A stretch of DNA of 64,000 bases from Podarcis liolepis (taxonomy: Eukaryota). The DNA is taken from assembly GCA_965112155.1 (NCBI GenBank), contig OZ218098.1; one strand, 5' to 3'. Positions 50,612 to 60,420 of the stretch are shown here, one piece after another. Below the pieces are notes generated by a model, which searched no databases, was not told the origin of the DNA, and saw nothing but the letters and a program-made list of their open reading frames with translations. The position numbers and the translations under genes are program-made. Within the stretch, counting starts at the first letter, position 1, and each line of letters starts with the position of its first letter.

Positions 50612-51399
50612 TATGGTTACCAGATTTTTTTCCATGAATCCGGGGACACTTTTCTTTTCTTTTCTTTTGAAGCTGAGTAGCAACAGGGAGTCAGTAGTGG
50701 GGATGGTGAGGCAAAAGACCCTGAGCCCAAGCACACATGCATATTGTATAAAGGTGCAAAACCCTTCTTTTGCACCTTGTGAAACATAAATGTGCAGAGT
50801 TTGTGAAAAGCTGGGCAACAGCGCGCTGCCCGCCCGCAACTCCCAAGCTTCCCCTGATCTGTCAAAACAGGGGGAAGGGGGCAGGAGATTGGGGAAGGCT
50901 CAGAAGTCATGGGTGGGTGGCGTGCCATTGCCCAGGAGGGGCGCAAGTTGCGCAGTTTCTCTGCCACGTATGCTGTAAAGCCCTTCTTTCGCACCCTGTG
51001 AAACAGAAATGATCAGACTTTTTGAAAAACTGGGCAACTGCATGCCGCCCACCCGCGACTCCCAAGCCTCCACTGATCTCCTGCCTGCTTCCCCCTTTGT
51101 TTTGACTGAAGGGCTTTGCACCTTGCCTGACAGAGAAACCTCTCACCTTGCACCCCCTCCTAGGCAACGGCCACCCACATGCAACTCCTGAGCCTCCACC
51201 GATCTGTCAAAACAAAGGGGGCAGGAGATCTGTACCGCTGGACGTCCCCAGTTCCCCTTCGGCAGTGGCGCCGGCAGCAAGCAGCTCTTGAAGCCAGTCA
51301 GAGCCAACTGCGCTACCAGGCTGGCTCCGGGCTGTGAGGCTGCTGCTGCCATGTTTCCCGGGGACAGATGTGCAAATCCAGGGATGTCTGGTAACCCTA
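50612..51399. mobile_element. hAT (Blackjack/Ac-like) non-autonomous element with internal repeats
   Basis: TIR tatggttaccaga / tctggtaacccta; TSD gggttgga/gggtagga; subterminal ccggggaca. Confidence 0.85.
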
Positions 51400-52261
51400 G
51401 GGTAGGAGGAGCTCTCATTTTCTGTTTCTTTCAGTTTCTCATTTTTTCCAGTCTTAAGGCTCCAAGTACCCTAACCAAGGTTTGATTTATTGATTTACTT
51501 GCAATGAGGGGGGAAAAAACAGTGTGCCTAAAACAGATGTTAAACATAATGAACCATACTTGGGTGGCAGAGCTAAAGAAAATATATTGTGCAGATTTAA
51601 TGCTTTTTTTTAAAGGTGTCAAGGTATTAAAAATTGGGTATTTTATTAACGAACCCTGCAGCACATGAAGGTAACAAACCAACTCTCTTCCCCTAAGAGC
51701 TGCCTTCTCTTTGGGGCAGGAAATGCAATCTCTCTCTCCCCCCCCCCCCAACACACTTATGTAGAAATCTAAGGGAAAGACCCTTTCAAGGCTTCAAAGG
51801 AAGGCAGCTAAGTCTTTTGAGATAATATACAGCAGAGGGTGGTGGGAAATGGACTGGAGCTGGATGAACCCTATTGAATATTTTCTATCTGCAAACTTTC
51901 ATTCTGCAAATGAAGCCAGTGATGCTCGGGAGCATGGGAAATGGATTTCTTCAGTAGTTAAAGTGGCCTATTTTGAACCATTAGGATAAAATGTGTGACT
52001 TTCTGGCAGGCATCACATCTGCGAGACATAAGACTCTCCTCCACTCTAGAGGGTGATACTTTCTCTTCCTCTGCAGGGCCAAACTAGATGTGACATTAAA
52101 TGGACAATTGCATTTAACAAGTCTAGTTTTCTTCTTCTAAATAACAGATATGAAGGGGTAGGGTTATTTCAAACTCAAGTCGAGGGGATGTGGGGAGGGA
52201 AGGTTACACACCCAGCAGCTGTTATTCGCCTTAGAAGTGAACTTTCACTTGGTAGCCTATA

Positions 52262-52503
52262 CAGTCGTACCTTGGAAGCAGAATGGAAGCTGTTCTGGAA
52301 GTCCGTTCGACTTCCAAAATGTTCAGAAACCAAAGTGAGGCTTCTGATTGGCTGCAGGAAGCTCCTGCAGCCAATCGGAAGCTGCAGAAGCCGCGCCAGC
52401 TTTTCGGCTTCTGAAAATCATTCAAAATCAGAACACTCACTTCCAGGTTTTGTTCGGGAGCCGATTTGTTCAGGAGTCAAGGTGTTTGAGATCCAAGGTA
52501 CTG
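52262..52503 (+). mobile_element. Tc1/mariner MITE, family C
   Basis: cagtcgtaccttgga / tccaaggtactg termini; TA flanks. Confidence 0.82.
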
Positions 52504-53683
52504 TAGAAGCTTCTCTCCTAAAAATAGGAGAAGAGGACAGAACTCAGTGGTAGAGCATCTGCTTTGCATACAGAAGCTCCCACCTCAAAAAAACAAAAAA
52601 AAACCTGGAAGAAAACTCTGCCTGAAATCCTGGGGAGGTGTTGCCAGTCTCTGGAAATTGTGGTTCTGTGATGAGGACAAGGGTTTCCTGTCAACTCTCA
52701 ACATTCTCAACAAACTACAGCTGTCTGAATTCTTTGGGGAGTCTGTGATTGTTTAAAGTGGCATAATAATATTTTAAACTTATGGTGTGAATGTACTGCA
52801 TTGCTCTTTTTCCATTGTGTGGGTGGGCGGGCGGGCATCCTTTACCTTTTAACTAGTAAAACTGATCTTCTAAACACAATCAATCCAGACCCATCTTTGT
52901 ATCTGCAGGGTATAGAATAATATCACATAATATGCATGCAATCATCAAGATCCTTCACCAATTGTTCATGAAAGTTATGAATTATGTACTTGTGTAAGAA
53001 AGCCAAATGAATCAGACTTTAAGATGCCACAGGATTCTGTTTCTTCCATTCCACTTCAGTATTTGGCTTTTCAAGTTGCTGCTACATCAGTAATGTGCAA
53101 AAAAATAAAGCAAATGAATCAAAATGTGCATAAAATCCCAATATAATTCTCAAGAGGAGAGCAGAATTTCCAAGCGAAGTAAATAAATTACCAAAGTGGT
53201 AAATATTTCAGTATTCACGCTGCAAGTACCTTTCTTTTTCAAATCAATTACTGAATTCATTTTGAATTCCCAACCCTAAAGAAATAAAAAAAATAAGAAT
53301 GGATAGTAAGGCTTCAAAAGGCAAAGCCTTGCTTTGTGTAATTGAATTCAAGGCTACTTATCATTGAAATTAATACAATGTAGTTCATACTCTCACAAGA
53401 TTCAAGTTCCCACATCTGAGATTTTAGTTTCAGATCAATTGCTGAATTCATTAGACATAATATTAGACATACAAGAGTTCTCAAAGATGATGTCCTATGG
53501 TGGGTCCGAACTCACAGTTGACTTCACATCTGGGAATGTATTATTGTTGATGTACATCCACAACGATCGGAATCACATTAGAAGAAGCCAACACAGGAAC
53601 ATTCACTTGCACAACAAGACTCCTCCTGCTTCTCCTCTGGATTTTTGATCTTCTACTGATAAAATGTGTCTTTTTAACTTTTT

Positions 53684-53914
53684 AATAAAAAAAATTCCTT
53701 CCAGTAGCACCTTAAAGACCAACTAAGTTAGTTCTTGGTATGAGCTTTCGTGTGCATGCACACTTCTTCAGATACACAAGTGTGTATCTTCAGATACACA
53801 AGTGTGCATGCACACGAAAGCTCATACCAAGAACTAACTTAGTTGGTCTTTAAGGTGCTACTGGAAGGAATTTTTTTATTTTGACTATGGCAGACCAACA
53901 CGGCTACCTACCTG
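53684..53914 (+). mobile_element. Penelope-like (PLE) pLTR-derived palindromic insertion, copy 1
   Basis: ~80-bp inverted arms, unpaired 3' tail ..gactatggcagaccaacacggctacc; 12-bp flanking duplication taactttttaat (53675-53686, 53915-53926). Confidence 0.85.
53738..53775 (-). ncRNA. Minimal type I hammerhead ribozyme motif (PLE type)
   Basis: GUAU-CUGAAGA-A-GUGUGCAUGCACAC-GAAA-GC-UC-AUAC: catalytic boxes, stem I GUAU/AUAC, stem II, minimal stem III. Confidence 0.75.
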
Positions 53915-54949
53915 TAACTTTTTAATGCGATCTTCCTATATGTCTGTAGCATGTTATTTAGCTTTCTTAAGAAGAACAATGCCTGAGCTCTTAAAAGCCA
54001 ATGATTCTCTGTGTAATTATAGATTTATCTCAGTGAAGTGTCCATCTATCATCTTCTGAAGCAGCTTCCGGTATGTATTTAGAATACGAGATTAGATTAT
54101 ATACAAATTTACCACTTGATCCAATTTGGTGATGTAACTTTTTTTTCTTATGTTATTATGTCTACTGAGGCAAAATGGATTTGGAAAGTTTTGGGCATCC
54201 TGCAATTATGTGATTTAGCCTGAAACTTGATTGCGTCTTCAACATTTGTCATTGATGTGCATTTTCGTTCGTTCATTTGTTTCAGTTGAAGGTCACTTTA
54301 TAAGAGCCATTTAAGTAACATTACTGCATTCTTCATATTATTATTAGTAGTAGCACATTACTTACTTTTTCATTAATAGTAATAGTAATAGTAATACTAA
54401 TAATAATAAATTTATCCCATGGCTGTGCAAGCAAAAGACATCTTGTACAATCAATCTGACACAAGAATTCTCTGCCCAATTTCAAGTGATTCCTTTGCTG
54501 TGCAGGTGCCCTGCTCTCTCTGAAGTGGCTTTTTAGGGGTACAGAGAACTGCCGAAGGAAAGGCAAATATAGCTACACGAAATACCTCCTGCTTGAGCAA
54601 CAGTGGCATATTAACCCATTATTACTATTTTGCTATTCTGTTCACAAATAAGGACAGGTAATGTAAGGGCTGCAATACATCACATATTTAAGAATGCTTG
54701 TTCTCCAACAATTTCAATGGAAATTAATCATAGTTAATAGTGAATTGAATTCAGCTAGGATGTCTTTTCCTTTTTATTTCTTTAGATTTTATTCTACATT
54801 GCCCAACCTAAGAGGCTTTGGCTAGGCTAAATACATTTAATACACTTAAAATAGCCAAATTCAAATTGATAAAAGCAGGTGAGAAGACTAATGTTGCTCT
54901 CCTCCCTCCTATCAACATGTGCTATTGCAATCAAATGCCTGTCATGGTA

Positions 54950-57532
54950 ATCAAATAGATTTTTATTGCATTAGCCGTGAGGCCATAGCATGATATACAT
55001 TGAAATAACAACATAAAATGGGGATGGGAAGATAAAGGTAGATATCGTCCTGGGCGATTACTTAAAGAAAGAAAAGAAAAGAAACTGCTGAGGCTGGAGG
55101 AGGGCCGTTAAAGGGTCCTTCAGCTCCTCAGATACGTCCTAACTCGATTGTCCTTGTACAATAAGGCTACTTGGAACTTCGTTCAGTTGTGCGGCGTATC
55201 GACTGCAGCTGTGGTGTTAAGGAAGAAGTTAGTGCCGCTTTCCTCTTCATCACACTAAGCAGGAAGTTAGCTGTCATCTCGGTAATCCAACAATCAGAAT
55301 CCTGCAAAAAGAGGGACACTATCCAAGGCTGGATTGGGAGATGAAGCTTATTCACGAGGGGAGTTAAAAACCGAGATCTTTCATCTGTCCAGTTGGGACA
55401 GAAGAGCATTACATGTTCCATAGTCTCCAGGGTCGTGTCATTACAGGTGCATGTTCTGTTTGCGATGGGAACTCTGGAATAACGACCCGACAGAACTGCT
55501 GTAGGAAAACAGTTGAGACGGGCACAGGTAAAGGCCCTACGCTTAGCCTCCGAAGAAATTGTGAAGCAGTATAGAGGGATCCCTTCAGGGGGTGGAATAG
55601 CTAGGGCTAGGCCTGAACACGGTCCTCTTGCATAGGAAGCTGTGTTAGAGAAGTCAAGTTGCTGTAGTTTCTTTTTGATTAGAGGTAGGGCCGCCGGGCT
55701 GATACACTCTAAGTTGAGAACAGTTTTACAATTCAAATTGAGAAGAGAGCGGAATTTGAGGTTAATTGTAGTTTTCCAAGGGGAATTATGAATGTCTCTT
55801 AGGATCAGATTGGAAAAACCGCCTCTAATTCGAGCATCCGATGCTAATAGGTGGAAGCTGTAGGAAATGGCTTGACTCCATGCTCGTTTGACAATTGAGG
55901 GCTGGGCAAACTCAAGTCGTAGGGCTGCACCTGAGACACATCTCGGGACGCCGGAAAGAGATCTCAGAAACATATGAAGTGGGCGATCCAAGTTACCTGA
56001 TATTGCTGTAGTCCATACTTCGCATCCATATAATAATTTAGGGACAACTTTGGCATTAAATATTTGAATTGCTGCTGGAAGATGTTTGCCGCCCTTCTGG
56101 TGATAAAATCGGACAATGGCGTTAGAAGTCATGGTTGCAGCGAGAAAGGCAGATTGTAGATGGGTGGTCCAGGAGAGATTACAAGTGAATATTATGCCTA
56201 GATATTTAAAGGCTTTTACCTTTTCTAAGTAGCCACCTGTGATCTTAAGCGGCTCCAACTTGAGTTTGCGGGAACGAGTGAAGTGGAGGACTTTCGATTT
56301 TTTATAATTAATGTTAAGAGCTTCCGTCTTACAATAGGCGATAAATGCATTAACTGCATTTGCTAGGTCCGCAACTGTTCTGGATAAGATGACGGCATCA
56401 TCAGCATAGAAAAGGGAAGCAACGGGGTGGCCTGCTAAGTGAGGAGGATACTTAGATGCTAGCTTCAAAGTGGAAATTGCATCGTGAAGATAGAGATTAA
56501 ACAATAAAGGGGCCAAGAGACAACCTTATCGGACGCCCTTGGCCGTTGGAAATGGAGTAGTGAGGGAGCCGTTGGGACCACTTCGGACACGGGCTGTGGT
56601 GTTTGAATAAAGGGAAATAATTAGGGAGAGGAGGTGCGGATCAATTCCCAAATGGGCAAGTTTGGACCATAATCTCTGCCTAGGAAGGGAATCAAAGGCG
56701 GCCTCCAGGTCCATGAAAGCGGCAAATAGGTGGCCTTGCCTTGGAGCAGTGTATTTACTGGCAAGGTGATAAAGAGTTAGACAGTGGTCCATGGTTGACG
56801 CTGACTTTCGGAAACCAATCTGTTCCAGCGGTAGAATGTTCCTCTCCTGGACCCATGAGAGAAGTTCCTCCAATAAAACAGCGGCAAATATTTTCCCCGG
56901 GATGGATAATAAACTGATGGGGCGATAGTTCCTAGGGATGTTTGGCTGGCCGCCTTTGAAGATCGGACCTATTATAGCTTCTCTCCAGGAGTCGGGGATG
57001 TCTAGGGCGGAGGAGATAGCGGAGAATACAGGAGTCAGGTGTTCGCTCCACCAAATAGGATCAGTCAGGAAAAGGTCCAACGGGACCATGTGTGGGCTGG
57101 GGGCCTTATTCCTTCGCATTGACATTATGATGTTGAAAATGCGAGTTGAGGTAAAGTTTATTGAGGAAGTGGGACTAAGAGAGCAGGAACAGAGGTCCGA
57201 CGGGGACTGAGGGAGATCTGTAAGAAGATTTGAAGAAGCGAAACTGGTTGAATAATAGGCAATCCATTCATCAGCGGAAATCTGGGTAGCTGGATTGAAT
57301 GGTGCCGAAGGTCTGACTAAGCACCAGAAGGAGCGGGAGTCATGCCTTTCTACAGCCGAACGAAGAGTGGACCAAGCCTCAAGGATGTGCTGCTGTTTCT
57401 TGCAATGAATCATGTTTCTGTATGTCCTTTTAATATCTATGAGCTTTGCACGTGTTTGGGGGTCGTTGGAAAATTTAATGATTCTGACCATTTTCCTAAT
57501 TCGCCTTCTTAGGGCTTTACATTCCTTGTCAA
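54950..57532 (-). mobile_element. Non-LTR retrotransposon, RTEX-like, 5'-truncated
   Basis: RT motifs NYRPISLL, EQIGFR, DLEAAFDS, GVR*GC, FYADD, FKYLG; C-terminal C-x-C..H..C knuckle (RTCTCNDTTLETMEHVMLFC); 3' UTR with stem-loop and AATAAA; clade assignment less certain than class. Confidence 0.85.
55167..57530 (-). pseudogene. LINE ORF2 (RT + Zn knuckle) with one in-frame nonsense codon; endonuclease domain missing
   Basis: ORFs 56526-57491 and 55167-56516 are in the same frame, separated by TAA at 56526-56528 within GVR(Q)GCLLAP. Confidence 0.9.
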
Positions 57533-57654
57533 TGTGCGGTTTCCATTTACTTTAATATAGCTCACATTAATATAGCTCACATTAAAAAGACTGCACTGGA
57601 AAAACCTGGGACTCTGAGCGTTTCTGCTAAAAGTGCCGCGAGGAATTCGCAACA

Positions 57655-57939
57655 GTCCCAGCTTCTGCCAACCTAGCACTTTGAAAGCATGCCAGTGCAA
57701 GTAGATAAATAGGTACCGCTGCGGACGGAAGGTAAATGGCATTTCTCTGTGCTGTGGCACTCGTCACGGTGTTCTGTTGCACCAGAAGCAGATAAGTCAT
57801 GCTGGCCACATGATGTGGAAAGCTGTTTGTGGACAAACACCGGTTCCCTCAGCCTGAAAGCGAGATGAGCGCCACACCCCATGGTCAACTTTGACTGGAC
57901 TTAACCATCTAGGGGTCCTTTACCTTTTACCTTTACCTT
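57655..57939 (+). mobile_element. Sauria SINE lacking its tRNA-like head
   Basis: gtcccagcttctgccaacctagc core through (accttt)n tail. Confidence 0.88.
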
Positions 57940-58345
57940 ATAAAGACAAATTGTTCTGTCTTTAGGTTTTCGCCTACCTCATAGCAATCATCACAACTTT
58001 TGGCAGATTAGGCATTGGGTTGGATCTGTAGTCCATCGGGTACCCAGCTAAAAGCGTCTAGAAGAGGTGCCTGTCCAGGGGCCCACTCTCATGCCACAGT
58101 GCAAAACCCAAAAACATGTGTAATTTGGCCCTGTGCTCTGGCATGGCCAGAGCATGGGAGCCAAAACAGGACATCTGGGATTGGGATCAAAAACCAGGAA
58201 TAGAAACTGTTAATCTGAGATGTCCTACTTAAAATAAAACAGCTGTACAGTATGAGTTATGGAAGGGAAAATATCTACGTAAAAATAAAAAAAGTCAAGT
58301 AGAATCTCATCCATGTATTTTAGTCAGGTGTTAGGCATCTATTTG

Positions 58346-58586
58346 CAGTGGTCCCTTGATTCTTGAGCGGCTTTGTTGTGCAACTAATCAGCTCGCGAAC
58401 ACCGCAAACCAGGAAGTAAGTGTTCCGGTTTGTTAATGTTTTTCGGAAGGCGTACATCCAACATGGCTTCTGCTTGAGTGCAGGAAGCTCCTGCTGCCAA
58501 TCGGAAGCCACACCTTGGTTTTTGAATGGTTTTGGGAGTTCTGGGACTGCCGGAACAGATTAAATTTGAGAACCAAGGTACCACTG
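58346..58586 (-). mobile_element. Tc1/mariner MITE, family C
   Basis: cagtggtcccttg / caaggtaccactg termini; shared core. Confidence 0.8.
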
Positions 58587-59579
58587 TATTTATTTATTTG
58601 TTTTGCCTCAGAACTATTGTTTCAATGTGAAAGCTTTAAAGTAGGTTGCTGCACATGTTTGATTTGTTAGGTTTATTTTGTTGCAATGTCACCAGAAGAT
58701 CGGCAGGGAGGTTGTGCGGGAAGAAATCTAATGAGGAGCCAAGCAACACATTATATTTGCATGGAGTAATAAGATGAACAATTTTATTTTTTGTATGTTA
58801 TCTACTGCTTGCAATAACCCCACATACTTTACTGCCTTTGAATGACAGTCACGGTTTGTATTCTGAGTTCATCTTTTTAAGAAAAAAATCTCATAGGAAC
58901 AGCCACAAGTAAAACCTACAACATTTTGTTGTTGTTGTTCTGAGCAGGAAATCTAAATTTTGAGTTGACAGTTTTTAATCCGCTGCTCCTGCAGCACTGC
59001 ATTAATTTGAGCGGTAATCCTAGCTGGATGGGAGGAAAACTTAATCCTCTCTCATTTACACCATTCCCTATAACCATGACACTGGAATAAAGCTTTCTAA
59101 GCATGAAACACTTTCCTGACAAATGCTACACATGAAGGAGACACACACAATGGGCCGAATCCAACAAAATCATAACCAGAATAGAACCATTGGAATCAAT
59201 GGACTTCCTTTGAAAAGGTGTGCTCTGACTTTTAAAAAGGTGTGACTTAGTTTATTGCAGCTCATATATGCAATATTTATTTAATACATCAATTGGTTTG
59301 AGGTTAGAGATTTCTGAACCACCCTTCATTCAAAATGATAAATGGCTATGATGGTAACAAATATAACAAAAACAAATCCCATAATACATAAAGAGTAAAA
59401 GCTAAAAGACATAAGCTAAAAACCAAAACACAAATGAAGATAAATAAAAATGCCTGGGTGAACTAGAATTCCTTACCCACATGCAAAAGACCTCAATCCT
59501 GACACCAGTCAAACCTTTCTATGAAGAATAAAAAAATTCCTTCCTGTAGCACCTTAAAGACCAACTAAGTTAGTTCTTG

Positions 59580-59617
59580 GTATAAGCTTTCGTGTGCATG
59601 CACACTTCTTCAGATAC
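59580..59617 (-). ncRNA. Minimal type I hammerhead ribozyme motif (PLE type)
   Basis: Mirror image of 59624-59661. Confidence 0.72.
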
Positions 59618-59623
59618 ACCTGT

Positions 59624-59661
59624 GTATCTGAAGAAGTGTGCATGCACACGAAAGCTTATAC
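59624..59661 (+). ncRNA. Minimal type I hammerhead ribozyme motif (PLE type)
   Basis: GUAU-CUGAAGA-A-GUGUGCAUGCACAC-GAAA-GC-UU-AUAC. Confidence 0.72.
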
Positions 59662-60074
59662 CAAGAACTAACTTAGTTGGTCTTTAAGGTGCTACAGGAA
59701 GGAATTTTTTTATTTTGACTATGGCAGACCAACACGGCTACCCATCTGTAACTTTCTATGAAGGGCATTGCAAAGTCAATAAGCCACGAGAGCAAAAGCC
59801 TTTTCTGAGATGCAAGCAGCAGCAATTGACTGCAGACTTTTAAGGCTGTTTTCCAAATGCAAGTGAAGACATAGTGCAGATTGGCAAGAAAGTAGCTCAC
59901 TTAGGACTCAGCTATACAGAAGCAAAGAAAACGTTTTAAGTGTGTTTTAAAGTGCAATATACAAATCTGACACTAGATGGAGATTGTAAGCTATGACAAA
60001 TACAATATATTTTTAAAAAACTTTTTTTAAAGCATTTTCACAGTGTTTTTATATGTGTGTAGATTCCACCTTAG

Positions 60075-60420
60075 AGAGGCCTTCTTATTTCACCGTCAGG
60101 AGGAAAAATCCTTCAGGTATTTTTGTCCCAAACCATCTAGGGCTTTTAAATCTAAGCACTGGAACCTTGGATTGGGCCTGTAAGAAGGTAGGCAGCCTGT
60201 GTAGCTCTTTAATAATTGGTGTAATATAGCTTTGCCTACCGACAGCAGACAGAATTCTTACAGCTGAGTTCTAGACTAATTGAAGCTTCTGCATCATATT
60301 TCAGGACTCTCCCGCATATAATGTATCACAGTAGTTCAAACTAGGATATTACCAGACCACAAATCACTATAGCTAAACTTGCCTTATCCTGGAGTAGCTA
60401 TAGTTGGTGAGCTGCTTAAA
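60075..60420 (-). mobile_element. Old L2 fragment
   Basis: Degenerate similarity to 43860-44160 (agggcttttaaa..agcac, cagtagttcaaactagga). Confidence 0.55.

Larger units (their letters stand above)
59527..59751 (+). mobile_element. Penelope-like (PLE) pLTR-derived palindromic insertion, copy 2
   Basis: Perfect 93-bp inverted arms 59527-59619 / 59622-59714 with a 2-nt loop; 12-bp TSD ctttctatgaag (59515-59526, 59752-59763). Confidence 0.9.

Noticed and set aside
53516-53654. Minus-strand exon-like segment with a gtgagt donor
   Set aside because: Stops in all three frames; at most a non-coding exon, unsupported
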